Shown: in pieces, positions 47,520 through 57,546 of the stretch
Position numbering within the stretch: the first letter of the stretch is position 1
Layout of the letters: every line of letters starts with the position of its first letter
Assembly: GCA_024654535.1 (NCBI GenBank)
Contig: JANLHL010000042.1
Span: forward strand, 13,312-77,311
DNA from: Candidatus Roizmanbacteria bacterium
Lineage (GTDB): Bacteria > Patescibacteriota > Microgenomatia > UBA1406
Reading direction: 5' to 3'
DNA: 64,000 nt
Made by a program: the position numbers and the translations under genes
Notes under the pieces: generated by a model
What the model saw: only the letters and a program-made list of their open reading frames with translations
The model's database searches: none
What the model was told of the DNA's origin: nothing

Positions 47520-49691
47520 ATGCGACGATTTTGTATTGCACTTATAGTTTTGATTATTGTTGTGCCGTCGGCTTTTGCGAATGGCAAACTTGGTGTCAAC
47601 ATTGCCGGTCGGTATACAGATTTTGAACAAGCACTTTCATTTGCGGGTGAAAACGGATGGATAGTAATTGCTTCAGAGCCAACAGAAAGACTGTCGAGTT
47701 TTATATTAGGTGCTCAAGAAAAAAAGATTCACGTTATTATACGCGGACATTATCCAGGTATTGCATTAACGACTCAATACGCACAACAGTGGGTGAATTT
47801 TTTCGCCACGCACAACTTTCCAAATAGAGTGTATTTTATACCAGCCAATGAACCAAATAATACACAAGAAAATACTGGATCTATCGACTCTGTAAAAACA
47901 TACACACAATATTTACTCGATCAAGTATCTGCACAGGGTTTGCGAAAAACAAGTGTCTATATACTTGCTCCTGCGCTCGATATATATCAACTTGCCGATA
48001 CCAATAGTGCAATATATACCCAAATGGGTGGCCCAACGTTTTTTAGTCAGTTTGATGGAATCCCTTTACATTTATATGTAGAAATGACACCTCAAGGAAT
48101 CGTAGATGAGTCGGTACACCCTTATAAAATGGGAAATTGGAAGAAGATACTAGCGGATATGAAGCTAGAAAATATGCCGGTTTTTATTGATGAAACAGGA
48201 GTTCGTTGTTTTTCGTGCACCACTCCAGACGTTGGAGGTAAGGATAAAGTAAAATATCCGTATGGAGCATCGTACCAAAAGATATATGCTAATTTTCTCA
48301 CGTACGTTAAGAATAAACAAGATTGGGGAAATGCTCAGGTGCGTACGTTTGATGTGCTTTCGTATGATCCGGTTGACTTTGGACGATCGAGTTGGCTGAG
48401 CGAGAATGGCATTCAAGATATGAATACTCTTGGCGAGAGCATAGGGAGTACAGAGGATGTTGTCTATGCGACAGAACATGGGACAAATACAGTTTTTAAT
48501 TCACAAACAGGTAGTGGCATTACAACAGGTACACAGACAGAAAAAAATCTGTTTAGTTTAGCAACAGATACATTTTTAATGAATGCGGGTGGTGCAAAAC
48601 CCGCCGCACTAGTAATGCAAGATACAGATACACACAAAGTTTTTTCTCAAAAAAAAGCGGTAGAGAATGCAGATTTTGCTCGTAGTGGGCACGTTTCAGC
48701 AACAGCTGAGACGATAGAAGAAAAACAGGGTTTTTGGCAAAAGATCCAAGATGCAGTCACAGATCTTTCGGCAGCGTTTGGATTTATTTTAGACTCTGCT
48801 ACCAGCAAGAATGTAGGATATGCGCTTTCTTTATCTCCACAGCTTGCGCACACAGCGTTTAGCGGAAGAGGGGCTGGCGTAGTCGATCTATCTGGTGAAA
48901 GTGAAAGCGTTCACAGTAAGCTTTTGGCATGGTATACGCCATATTCTATGCATACTACTGTAGTGCGTTCAGCACCTCTCAATAACACTCAGGTAGTAAT
49001 AGCTGGTAGCTCAGCAGATGTTGTTCCAGAGACAGGGACAACATCTGACGTAGTGCCGTCACAGACCTCGTCAGATGCGGCACGCAAACTGTTTTTGATA
49101 ACTGGCTATGGATGTGGGTGGGCACGTATCGAAGGGGTTGTATTGACGGAAAAACTAACAATACCTATTACAAAAGATAATTATACATGTTTGCAGAAAC
49201 CCCTTAAAGACGAAAGCGGAAAACCGTTTCTAATGTCGACCGGAGCGTATGAACTGCTTAAAGCGTCTGCACAATCATATAAATATCTACAATGTGTCGG
49301 ATTTGCTATGGCGACACAAAAAGAGAAAATCATTTTACCCGCAGCACAAGATTCGGCAACGGGCTTATCGGGAAATACATGGATTCATAGTGATTTTATA
49401 GACCCGAATCTTGCGATAGAGGGACGAAATGCAAAAGATTACTGTTCGTACAATGCTCCAAAAGGGTATGCACGTTTTGTGCCAGACCCTAAAGACAGTA
49501 CGGGAGGCATACGAGTAGGCGATTTGGTAGTATGGACGTATGCACCATGGGGACATATAGCGGTTGTGGGAAACGTGAACCCGAAAAATAAAACGATATC
49601 TGTGTACGAAGCAAATTGGGGAGGAAAAGGGGTAGTGCACTCCCGCCAAACCGTAGCATTACAAGTTGATTGTTATTTACGCAGCAAATAA
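47520..49691 (+). CDS. Secreted glycoside-hydrolase-like (clan GH-A) + CHAP amidase protein
   Basis: Signal peptide; NEPN and DETG (acid/base and nucleophile-like Glu); C-terminal LQCVGF...GD.VVW...WGHIAVV...EANW. Confidence 0.7.
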   Translation: MRRFCIALIVLIIVVPSAFANGKLGVNIAGRYTDFEQALSFAGENGWIVIASEPTERLSSFILGAQEKKIHVIIRGHYPGIALTTQYAQQWVNFFATHNFPNRVYFIPANEPNNTQENTGSIDSVKTYTQYLLDQVSAQGLRKTSVYILAPALDIYQLADTNSAIYTQMGGPTFFSQFDGIPLHLYVEMTPQGIVDESVHPYKMGNWKKILADMKLENMPVFIDETGVRCFSCTTPDVGGKDKVKYPYGASYQKIYANFLTYVKNKQDWGNAQVRTFDVLSYDPVDFGRSSWLSENGIQDMNTLGESIGSTEDVVYATEHGTNTVFNSQTGSGITTGTQTEKNLFSLATDTFLMNAGGAKPAALVMQDTDTHKVFSQKKAVENADFARSGHVSATAETIEEKQGFWQKIQDAVTDLSAAFGFILDSATSKNVGYALSLSPQLAHTAFSGRGAGVVDLSGESESVHSKLLAWYTPYSMHTTVVRSAPLNNTQVVIAGSSADVVPETGTTSDVVPSQTSSDAARKLFLITGYGCGWARIEGVVLTEKLTIPITKDNYTCLQKPLKDESGKPFLMSTGAYELLKASAQSYKYLQCVGFAMATQKEKIILPAAQDSATGLSGNTWIHSDFIDPNLAIEGRNAKDYCSYNAPKGYARFVPDPKDSTGGIRVGDLVVWTYAPWGHIAVVGNVNPKNKTISVYEANWGGKGVVHSRQTVALQVDCYLRSK

Positions 49692-49694
49692 TCT

Positions 49695-50429
49695 ATGGAT
49701 ACCATACGTAAAAAATTAATAGTACTGGTAGGCATATCATTTATCTTTGTTGTTAGTGTACTTATACTTGTCGTTTCAACATTGCGAAAAACGAGTATCC
49801 AACCCGTTTTACCAACGCCAACTGTTCCTGTACAGTACACAACCCCTGTTCCTACTCTTTCAACTGCACTGCGTGTACTATCGAGTAAGCCAGTGGATGG
49901 AGAAACTAATGTAGCTGTCACTCTCGATGCAATACGTATATTGTTCAACGCTCCGCAAAAAATAGAGCAATTCCAAGTGTATTTTGGTGCTAAGAATGCA
50001 AAAACAAGTATTGGTACTAATGTTACATCCGAAGGAAATCAGCTGGTTATTCAGCCGCTCATGACGCTTACCCCAAAAACCGAGTTTACTCTTACTATCC
50101 GTAGTGCTAGTAGCGATACCTTTGTATATTCACTGTCGTTTACAACGGTCGATGTTCTTGCTGTGGATACATTTCCAACAGGATTTGACACTTATACAGA
50201 ACAGAAAGATTTAAAAGAACGACCAGATATTTATCTGGCAAATAAATTACCGTACGCAACTGATTCTTTTATCATGACACTGGAAGTTCCAGATAATGGT
50301 GCATATATTTATCACGTGAAATCAAAAATAACGGACGTGAAAAAAGTGCGCAATGACGTTGTTATATGGCTAAAATCTATCGGAATAACACCCGAAAACA
50401 GTGCGGGTTTTGATATACGGTACGAATAG
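49695..50429 (+). CDS. Membrane-anchored Ig-like (Big_5) domain protein
   Basis: TM, PT linker, S.P.DG..NV......I.F...L.I.P...L...T.F.L.I...FTT. Confidence 0.7.
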   Translation: MDTIRKKLIVLVGISFIFVVSVLILVVSTLRKTSIQPVLPTPTVPVQYTTPVPTLSTALRVLSSKPVDGETNVAVTLDAIRILFNAPQKIEQFQVYFGAKNAKTSIGTNVTSEGNQLVIQPLMTLTPKTEFTLTIRSASSDTFVYSLSFTTVDVLAVDTFPTGFDTYTEQKDLKERPDIYLANKLPYATDSFIMTLEVPDNGAYIYHVKSKITDVKKVRNDVVIWLKSIGITPENSAGFDIRYE

Positions 50430-50464
50430 AAAGTCAAAACGTAAAGCGTAAAGTGTTTTGTTGA

Positions 50465-51103
50465 TTATAAAATCCCTCCTACTGCGTGTGGAAGCATGAG
50501 TGATGTGACAAATGATATCGAAGGACTGATTAATAATGATAAGACAGAATTATTACCAAAGAGCGGGAATATCAAGAGGATAAGTATGATTATGCCATAA
50601 TTGCTCAGTTGGTTCCATTCTTCGCGAGATTGAGCAGGTAAGAGCCCGCTGACTATACGAAATCCATCGAGTGGATAGACAGGGATGAGGTTGAAAATTG
50701 CCAACATTACGTTTAAACGCACCGCATACATAAATAGCTGTATGATTGGTGTATTAGAAGCAATGACTCCAACGAGAAGGGCGAACACAATAGCGGTAAG
50801 TAGGCTACTCACCGGTCCAGCAAGTGCTATGTAGGCACTATCTCTGTGAGGATTTTTCAGATTGTAGGGGTCGTACACGACTGGTTTGCCCCAGCCAAAA
50901 CCAATCATTACAATAAGAAGCATACCGATGGGATCCAAATGTGCTAATGGATTTATCGTGAGACGTCCTTGTGCACGCGGTGTCGGATCACCTAAACGAT
51001 CGGCAATTAGTGCGTGACTAAACTCATGGACACCTATAGAAAAAATCAGTATGAGTGCAAGAATAACAAAAGTAATAGGTGATTGAAATAATAATGCCAA
51101 CAT
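50465..51103 (-). CDS. Site-2 protease (M50)
   Basis: HEFSH, GDPT....GR.T.NPL.H.DP.G, FGW.KPV, AGP, FNL.P..PLDG. Confidence 0.92.
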   Translation of the reverse strand: MLALLFQSPITFVILALILIFSIGVHEFSHALIADRLGDPTPRAQGRLTINPLAHLDPIGMLLIVMIGFGWGKPVVYDPYNLKNPHRDSAYIALAGPVSSLLTAIVFALLVGVIASNTPIIQLFMYAVRLNVMLAIFNLIPVYPLDGFRIVSGLLPAQSREEWNQLSNYGIIILILLIFPLFGNNSVLSLLISPSISFVTSLMLPHAVGGIL

Positions 51104-51166
51104 AGGGATAGTATATACCAAGTACAATTAATTTTGTATTAGACGTGGTATAGTATAGTTCATACT

Positions 51167-51451
51167 ATGAGTAAAGGAGTAGAATATACAATGCAAGGAG
51201 TAGGGTGTGGCGGAGGACCTGAAGTTTTATGCTTTTCAGAGTGTGCTCGGGTAGTACTGAGTCAAGATGTTTCAACAGAGAAAGGGACTCTACAAGTTGG
51301 CACCATAGCAATATGGGAAAATACATCGCCCGAACAAGCTCGACGTGCATTAACTATGGCAGATCCTGGGTATATGTGGGCTCTATTATTTATCAAGGAG
51401 ACCAGTTTTCGTTTTTTTGCTCCATACAACTGTATTGCTATAGAGGGCTAG
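51167..51451 (+). CDS. Hypothetical protein
   Basis: 94-aa ORF preceded by TATAGT-7-ATG; no motif. Confidence 0.4.
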   Translation: MSKGVEYTMQGVGCGGGPEVLCFSECARVVLSQDVSTEKGTLQVGTIAIWENTSPEQARRALTMADPGYMWALLFIKETSFRFFAPYNCIAIEG

Positions 51452-51562
51452 TAATACATCTTCTGTCTCTTCCAAGCTTTTATACATCGTGTTACAATAA
51501 CTAGTGTTTTAATGCAGATAAGAGAGACAGTCGCTTATAGCCGAAAGTTAACTGCTAATTTT

Positions 51563-51634
51563 GCCTGGGTGGCTCAGTGGTAGAGCATCCCCTTGGTAAG
51601 GGGAAGGTCGCGGGTTCAATTCCCGCCCCAGGCT
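51563..51634 (+). tRNA. tRNA-Thr(GGT)
   Basis: Acceptor GCCTGGG/CCCAGGC; anticodon arm TCCCC-TTGGTAA-GGGGA; T-arm GCGGG-TTCAATT-CCCGC. Confidence 0.94.
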
Positions 51635-51678
51635 CACTGTGATTGCTTTTTATTTTAAATTTTGCTATCATACCAGCT

Positions 51679-51957
51679 ATGGCACGATGTTTTTTATGTC
51701 TGAAAACCAATCAAACAGGGTATCGCGTTTCGCACTCTGCGATAAAGACGAAGCGTGTTTTTAAAGCTAATTTGCACAAACTACGTATGCAGTATGGTAC
51801 GGGAGTAGTAAAAAGAACAGTGTGTTCTAAATGTTATAAGCGAATGAAAAATATATTTTGGGAAGGGAAGCCGCTTACTTTTACCCCTCTTTCATTTGTA
51901 CATCAAAAAGGTTTAAAAGAGAAAGCTCCTCAAAAACCAGCAGTATCCACAAGTTAA
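51679..51957 (+). CDS. rpmB: 50S ribosomal protein L28 (Zn-type, C-terminal extension)
   Basis: MARC..C.K....G..VSHS..KTKR.F.ANL...VC.KC; directly upstream of rpmG. Confidence 0.88.
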   Translation: MARCFLCLKTNQTGYRVSHSAIKTKRVFKANLHKLRMQYGTGVVKRTVCSKCYKRMKNIFWEGKPLTFTPLSFVHQKGLKEKAPQKPAVSTS

Positions 51958-51966
51958 TATTAAGAC

Positions 51967-52143
51967 ATGGCTAAAAAAAAAGGACAACGTCAACAATTTG
52001 GATTAACTTGCACTGTTTGTAAACGACAAAATTATGTGACAGAACGAAACAAACAAAATACGCAGTCTGCATTGGGATTAAATAAATACTGCCTCAAGTG
52101 TCAAAAACACACTCCTCATAAAGAGAAAAAGAAACTTGACTAA
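51967..52143 (+). CDS. rpmG: 50S ribosomal protein L33 (Zn-type)
   Basis: Hand-translated MAKKKGQRQQFGLTCTVCKRQNYVTERNKQNTQSALGLNKYCLKCQKHTPHKEKKKLD (58 aa, below the ORF-track cutoff). Confidence 0.92.
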   Translation: MAKKKGQRQQFGLTCTVCKRQNYVTERNKQNTQSALGLNKYCLKCQKHTPHKEKKKLD

Positions 52144-52553
52144 CGAGTATTCTTGACGTAGCGTGGGTCAAATCCAGATTCTATAAGATTAAGTAATGAT
52201 TTTTCTCCCTGTACTTTTACCGCTACATTTTTAGATGAGTTTGTGAAGATGGCCGACGTAGATGAAGTTTTTGCATTTGTAGATATGCACGTAATATCTA
52301 ACGTTTTCTTTCCAAGTGTGACGGTTGCGCTTGTACTTGCTATTCGTGTAGATATATTATTTGGTACAGAGAAAAAAAATCCGCAGGGGAGTGTATAGCG
52401 TATTAGTGCTTGTGGAACGGTTGTCACCAGTATCTTTCTTTCGATCGTCTTTGTTGGAGTATCAATCATTTGGAGTTTTTTCCCAATACGTATTCCACCT
52501 AAAAGGGAAGTTACAACAAGAACGCTTAATATAATATAAATAATACGGTGCAT
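52140..52553 (-). CDS. Membrane-anchored hypothetical protein
   Basis: N-terminal TM; 137 aa. Confidence 0.5.
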   Translation of the reverse strand: MHRIIYIILSVLVVTSLLGGIRIGKKLQMIDTPTKTIERKILVTTVPQALIRYTLPCGFFFSVPNNISTRIASTSATVTLGKKTLDITCISTNAKTSSTSAIFTNSSKNVAVKVQGEKSLLNLIESGFDPRYVKNTR

Positions 52554-52581
52554 ATATAGTACTTAGTATACTATATATAAT

Positions 52582-53271
52582 TTATGGGTTGTTGGTTGGA
52601 GTAGGAGTTGTCTTTTTGTTTGCGGCACAGATAGACCAATCGTTGCTGCGAACGATACCGTCGTCATTTTGGTCGTACTTTGCATTGTTAGTGTTGAAAT
52701 TCGTCTTATAATCTTCGATATTACACACAGTATCTTTTACCACCGGTTCGCTCGGTGAAGGGGTAGAGCTTGGAGTAGACGTTATCGAATTGGTAGGAGT
52801 TGAATTCGCAAGGGTTGGCGTTACTGATGTATCTGGACTAGGGGAAATGGTTGTTTGGGGTGGTGTTGGTGATAGAGAACTTTCACCAAGGGTAGTAAGT
52901 GTCCATGGGACACCACCGTTTGAGAATTTTTTATCTGCAGTGCTAATCTGGAAATAATAGGTAGTTTCAGGGGTAAGTAAATTCAACTCCACCTCATGAT
53001 TTTTTGTTTTGGTAGATTCTGGAGCAAAAAAAGTCAGAGACGTCGGGGATGTTCCATATTCAATGACACTTTGCGATTCGCTATCGGTAGTCCACGTTAC
53101 TTTTGCACTGGTTTGTGTAATTTTACTTATCGCCACGTCTTTTGGTGCAATATTTGAAGCAGAAACAAATTTGTCTTTGAGTAAATTAAACAGAATAACA
53201 CCAACAAGTACAATTCCGACAACACCTAATGTGATGGTTGCAACTCTAATCTGTTTTTCTTTTAATGCCAT
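52582..53271 (-). CDS. FN3-like (purple-acid-phosphatase N-terminal type) protein with PT linker and dockerin/EF-hand-like loop
   Basis: SA.VTW.TD......EYGT...H.V.L..L.P.T.YYF; DQNDDGIVRSNDW. Confidence 0.7.
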   Translation of the reverse strand: MALKEKQIRVATITLGVVGIVLVGVILFNLLKDKFVSASNIAPKDVAISKITQTSAKVTWTTDSESQSVIEYGTSPTSLTFFAPESTKTKNHEVELNLLTPETTYYFQISTADKKFSNGGVPWTLTTLGESSLSPTPPQTTISPSPDTSVTPTLANSTPTNSITSTPSSTPSPSEPVVKDTVCNIEDYKTNFNTNNAKYDQNDDGIVRSNDWSICAANKKTTPTPTNNP

Positions 53272-53292
53272 AGAGTAATGATAGCAAATAAT

Positions 53293-53913
53293 TTACTTTT
53301 CAAGAAGAAGTGTACACTCAAGCGCAGTTATTGGATCTATGTTATATGCGTCAATAGATTGCCGTGCTGTAAGGAGATTTTTACAGTGACGAGCAGACGC
53401 AGGATTTTTGTACATAGTGTTCGTGCTCTTTAGAAGTAGTGTATCTATAAATGCCAATCCATCTTCGCGGGTTCGCTTTGCTTTTTCACGTGTCCATGTA
53501 CGAACGACAAGAGGTATATCGTCAAGTATTTCTTCTGAAATCACTCGTGTAAGGTGTATGCTTTGGCAGCGTGATAGTATTGTCTGCACAATTTGTTGTT
53601 CATTTGTACAGATAAGGCAGTACAGAAGATACGGTGGTTGTTCTTCAAGCGTCTTAAGGAAAGCGTTTTGTGTTTGAATAGTTGCAGTATCAAATCCCCA
53701 CACGACGCATACAATAGATTGTGTCTGTTGTATTGATGACAGGCGCATAATAGTACGAAGCTTCTCAATGGTAAGGTCACCTTCTGTGTTTGTTTCTACA
53801 ACCCGAGCCTCTTTAAAAGTATTTTCAATGTATTTGATTACTTTATCTTTATCTCCACTTTGTATGAGAAGTGGTATGGCGTTTCTTGTTTCCATTGACA
53901 TGGGTTTTTTCAT
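53293..53913 (-). CDS. holB: DNA polymerase III delta-prime-like subunit (reduced)
   Basis: IE..R, QNAFLKTLEE.P, TI.SRC. Confidence 0.75.
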   Translation of the reverse strand: MKKPMSMETRNAIPLLIQSGDKDKVIKYIENTFKEARVVETNTEGDLTIEKLRTIMRLSSIQQTQSIVCVVWGFDTATIQTQNAFLKTLEEQPPYLLYCLICTNEQQIVQTILSRCQSIHLTRVISEEILDDIPLVVRTWTREKAKRTREDGLAFIDTLLLKSTNTMYKNPASARHCKNLLTARQSIDAYNIDPITALECTLLLEK

Positions 53914-53954
53914 CTGATAGAGTGAATACTCTATTATAAGTCAATATACAGAAC

Positions 53955-54272
53955 ATGCAACATATAACAGATCCGAAAGTGTTTGAAAAAGAAGTTTTGA
54001 AATCGGAGAAACCTGTTATCGTGGATTTTTATGCAGACTGGTGTGGACCGTGTCGTGTGCTCGCTCCAACAATAGAGGAACTAGATAAGGCACGAAAAGA
54101 CATTCTGGTTGTGAAAGTGAATGTTGACGAAGCACAAGATCTTGCTATGCAATATCGCGTTATGAGTATTCCGACAGTATTGTTGTTTAATGATGGAAAA
54201 GTCGCCAAGCAATTTGTCGGTGTACAAAGTAAAAATGCATTTGAAGATGCAGTAGCAGAACTGAAAATCTGA
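53955..54272 (+). CDS. trxA: Thioredoxin
   Basis: VDFYADWCGPC, KVNVDE, V.SIPT. Confidence 0.95.
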   Translation: MQHITDPKVFEKEVLKSEKPVIVDFYADWCGPCRVLAPTIEELDKARKDILVVKVNVDEAQDLAMQYRVMSIPTVLLFNDGKVAKQFVGVQSKNAFEDAVAELKI

Positions 54273-54310
54273 CTGCTTGCATAATGAAGGCGTTCTGTAT
54301 ATAATACTAG

Positions 54311-54362
54311 AGCTTCCTAAGAAGAGAGCATTCCATAAGTTGGATATAAGACTTTCGGAGGA
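54311..54362 (+). promoter_or_regulatory. Putative L10-leader autoregulatory RNA
   Basis: Lies between TTGCAT-18-TATAAT and rplJ; cttcc-taaga-agagag...taa-gactttc-ggag layout is reminiscent of L10 leaders. Confidence 0.4.
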
Positions 54363-54368
54363 GAATAT

Positions 54369-54929
54369 ATGAAACTTAAATTTAGACTACAACACATACC
54401 TCGTGAACTTCGCGTTAAACGAGTTCAAGGCATTGATGCCGATTTGGAGAATGCGAAATCTATTATTTTGTTCAAGAGCTTAGGCGTTCCTCACACAATG
54501 TTTGAGCAATTGCGTGCCACATTAGATCAGCATAGCGCAAAACTACGATTTCTAAAAAATACTCTTTTCAAAATTGCGGCAAAAGGTAAAAAATTACCGG
54601 AAGGACTTTATAGCGATAAGATACTTTTTGGCCCAACCGGTGCTATTGTTATTTATTCCGATGATTTTATTCCTGCGCTAAAAGCATTTGTCGAGGCGTT
54701 TAAAGATGATGAGCGTATAGAATATAAAATAGGATATATAGAAAATACGTTGTATGAGGGTGAAAAAATAATAGCTTTTGCAAGTATACCTTCTCGTGAT
54801 CAGTTGATTGCACAGCTAGCGATGGTATTGAAGAACCCACTTATGCGTTTGCATAGAGCGCTTACCTTTGACACAACCCGACTTGTCAGAGGATTGAAAC
54901 AGGTAGTGAACCAGAAATCTACATCATAA
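54369..54929 (+). CDS. rplJ: 50S ribosomal protein L10
   Basis: LR..L......KNTLF..A, GPT, ..IPSR..L; immediately upstream of rplL. Confidence 0.88.
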   Translation: MKLKFRLQHIPRELRVKRVQGIDADLENAKSIILFKSLGVPHTMFEQLRATLDQHSAKLRFLKNTLFKIAAKGKKLPEGLYSDKILFGPTGAIVIYSDDFIPALKAFVEAFKDDERIEYKIGYIENTLYEGEKIIAFASIPSRDQLIAQLAMVLKNPLMRLHRALTFDTTRLVRGLKQVVNQKSTS

Positions 54930-54956
54930 ATTATACGAATGAGGGGAGATGAGACT

Positions 54957-55337
54957 ATGTCTGAAAAAGTTGAAAAAATAATCAAAGAAATAGAAGAAAT
55001 GAAAGTAGTAGATCTTAATGAGCTTGTAAAAGCCATTGAAGATAAGTTTGGCGTATCTGCAATGCCAGTAGCGGTTGCCACACAAGCACAAGCCGCTGGT
55101 GCAGCAGAGCCAGTAGAGGAAAAAACTACGTTTAATGTTGTATTAACCGATGCTGGAGCAAATAAACTGCAAGTAATTAAAGCAGTTCGCGAAGTTGATC
55201 AAAATCTTGGTCTCATCGACGCAAAGAAATTGGTAGAGTCAGCACCAAAAGAGATACTTAAGGGTGCTAAGAAAGAGGATGCAGAAGAAGCAAAAAAGAA
55301 ACTAGAAGCAGCGGGAGCAAAAGTAGAGCTGAAATAA
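54957..55337 (+). CDS. rplL: 50S ribosomal protein L7/L12
   Basis: E.KFGVSA, EEKT.F.V.L, K..VIK.VRE, LGL..AK..VE..P, LE.AGA.VELK. Confidence 0.97.
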   Translation: MSEKVEKIIKEIEEMKVVDLNELVKAIEDKFGVSAMPVAVATQAQAAGAAEPVEEKTTFNVVLTDAGANKLQVIKAVREVDQNLGLIDAKKLVESAPKEILKGAKKEDAEEAKKKLEAAGAKVELK

Positions 55338-55355
55338 GAAATAATGTAATTATTC

Positions 55356-55395
55356 CACCAGGAGATTTGGTTTCACAATCTCCTGGTGTTTTTTT
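55356..55395 (+). terminator. Intrinsic terminator of rplJL
   Basis: caccaggagatt...aatctcctggtg followed by 7 T. Confidence 0.9.
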
Positions 55396-55461
55396 AAACA
55401 CTCATCCAAATATGTAGTAGTTTGACTTGTTTTTTTATGCTATGCCCTATATAATACAGGT

Positions 55462-55677
55462 ATGTCAGATAACGCAAAAGGATCACTATCTTTGCAAGAG
55501 ATGCCAGACTTACTCACTATAGACGAAGTCGCTCGCTTGTTGCGCGTCTCTAAAATCACGCTCAAGAGATGGGGTAAAAAAGGAAAATTACCTGCTATTC
55601 GTATAAATTCACGCGGCGATAGGCGCTACAAAAAAGAAGAGGTTTTGCGCTTTTTAGGTATGAAAAGTGAACTCTAA
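55462..55677 (+). CDS. Small HTH_17/MerR-like DNA-binding protein
   Basis: LLT..EVA.LL.VS..TL.RW...GKL...R....G.RRY. Confidence 0.85.
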   Translation: MSDNAKGSLSLQEMPDLLTIDEVARLLRVSKITLKRWGKKGKLPAIRINSRGDRRYKKEEVLRFLGMKSEL

Positions 55678-55705
55678 TCCGAATAGTGTTGCGTGGAATT
55701 AATGG

Positions 55706-56248
55706 TTAAAGCTCAATGGGTTCGAATTCTTCTGTTTTTCCTTTTTTGACTATTCTATAGAGTGTTTTATTTTGTTCAAGTGCTCGTTGCGTAAATAATT
55801 TACCCTGTAGATGGTCGAGTTCATGCTGTATGATGTGTGATTCAAATCCACGTCCTTCGTAAGTTAAAACCGTGCCGTCGACATCTTGATACCGAATAGT
55901 AACAGACTTATACCTATTGACCGCTGACCATACATTTTTTACCGATAGACATCCCTCTAATATATCTTTCTTCGCTTTTTTTGCTTCGTGTACGGATTTT
56001 GATTTTTTGAGTATGATTGGATTAATGAAGGTTCGTACTGGTTCATTTGTATCGCTTTTCATAATAAAAATCTGAAGTGCAAGTCCTACTTGTGGTGCTG
56101 CAAGTCCAACCCCTTCAGGATCTTTGCAATGTAGTAAAATCTCTTTCATTTCTTCAACAATAGTACGCAATTTGCTATTAAATGCGGTGACTTTACGCGT
56201 CTTTGTATTGAGAATAACGTCTGGTGTGTAAATGAGTCGCAACTTCAT
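55706..56248 (-). CDS. def: Peptide deformylase
   Basis: GVGLAAPQVG, EGCLS, QHELDHL.G. Confidence 0.96.
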   Translation of the reverse strand: MKLRLIYTPDVILNTKTRKVTAFNSKLRTIVEEMKEILLHCKDPEGVGLAAPQVGLALQIFIMKSDTNEPVRTFINPIILKKSKSVHEAKKAKKDILEGCLSVKNVWSAVNRYKSVTIRYQDVDGTVLTYEGRGFESHIIQHELDHLQGKLFTQRALEQNKTLYRIVKKGKTEEFEPIEL

Positions 56249-56287
56249 GTGTTGCATTATAACATGCAATAGAGTTTTGTTGATATG

Positions 56288-56995
56288 TTAGAGTAACAAA
56301 GGAATAGCACCGATGAGGATAAATAGACTTGCCAACATAAGCTGAGGAATCAGTGCAACCATATTAAAACCGCCTGTATTGGGTATGCTCGTCGGAGTTG
56401 CTGTAACAGTTCCTGCAGTCGTTGGCGTAGCCGTTGTTCCAGTTGGGGTAGGTGTAGTTGATCCATTTGAGGTTATAGTATAGGAACCAGCTACGAGAGA
56501 GCTACAGGTTAATACATCTATATCTGACTGACTACTTGTCTCTGACTTTGAAATGTTCGAATCGTTTAACTGTCCTTGTGTACAGTCGAACTTTACGCTT
56601 GCGGTTCCGGCCGTCAGTGCCTTGAAGGTAATGGTAGCGAGCTCGCCTTTACCACTCACCACGGCGTCAACACTATTAACAATTCCAGATATTACGAGAG
56701 TTCCATTGTTGTCTGAATGGAGGACTGTTGGATAAAATGTACCGTCTGCGACGCTGTCAACTGCGAGGAGGGTATTGTCAAACTGTATAACTGCATCAGC
56801 ACTAGTCGTATTTACACTTTCTGTATCAACGAGCACCTTTACGGTAAAGGTAGCATCTTTTGCATATGTTCCAGTTGCTGGGTTAAATTCCATTTTTCCT
56901 GCAAAAACACTTTGTGCATGAATTGCGCTAGTAAAAATAGTCAGGACAATAATAGTACTTACTACTTTTACGATTCTTGAATAATAAAATCTCAT
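56288..56995 (-). CDS. Cohesin-domain protein with LPxTG-like (IPNTG) sorting signal
   Basis: Signal; F.V.V.V......AD..I.FD...L.V....G......G.G.LATITFKA...G.A.V.F; PT linker; IPNTG + TM. Confidence 0.75.
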   Translation of the reverse strand: MRFYYSRIVKVVSTIIVLTIFTSAIHAQSVFAGKMEFNPATGTYAKDATFTVKVLVDTESVNTTSADAVIQFDNTLLAVDSVADGTFYPTVLHSDNNGTLVISGIVNSVDAVVSGKGELATITFKALTAGTASVKFDCTQGQLNDSNISKSETSSQSDIDVLTCSSLVAGSYTITSNGSTTPTPTGTTATPTTAGTVTATPTSIPNTGGFNMVALIPQLMLASLFILIGAIPLLL

Positions 56996-57546
56996 TGTAT
57001 TGTAAGTTGCAATGGTAACACTCGTGATAATTGATTTTTTGTGCTTGAACCAAACAGAAGTGTACTTGTCATACCCGTCTCTGAGAGCAATGGCTTAATC
57101 GATGTTACGCCTTTTTTGAGAAGAGTAAACGGGATGGTAACTATGTTATTATTTTGGGATTTAGTGGTAGCCGCATCGTCTTTGTTAAGCAAGGAAATAA
57201 CAAGAGTGTCGCTACCGGGTAAAACTCGTACCACCGTATAGTCAGCTGAAACAAGTCCATCTTGATTAAAGGCAAGAAACACAGGGTCATAGGTGAGTAC
57301 AATGTCAGTGGCACTAATGTCGTACGTTGCATCGGTGCTTACCGTTACTTTGATGGTAGTACCTACCTGCAATTTTGCCGAAGGTATAGTGACCTTCAAT
57401 GTTGTCCCTGTGCGATTTATTTGTTTACTCTCTGATTGTACAGGTTCTTTTTGTTGAACGTATCGTATGCTGATAACTAAACCAAAAAGGAACAAGGTAG
57501 TTATTAGTACAACAATTGCTGTAAAAATATGTTTATTAATTTTCAT
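56992..57546 (-). CDS. Membrane-anchored cohesin-domain protein
   Basis: TM; VG..I.V.V......ISATDI.L.YDP..L...F.LLK.G. Confidence 0.65.
   Translation of the reverse strand: MKINKHIFTAIVVLITTLFLFGLVISIRYVQQKEPVQSESKQINRTGTTLKVTIPSAKLQVGTTIKVTVSTDATYDISATDIVLTYDPVFLAFNQDGLVSADYTVVRVLPGSDTLVISLLNKDDAATTKSQNNNIVTIPFTLLKKGVTSIKPLLSETGMTSTLLFGSSTKNQLSRVLPLQLTIQ

Noticed and set aside
55462..55677. Excisionase of a prophage or ICE
   Set aside because: No integrase, att repeats or phage genes nearby; stand-alone HTH.
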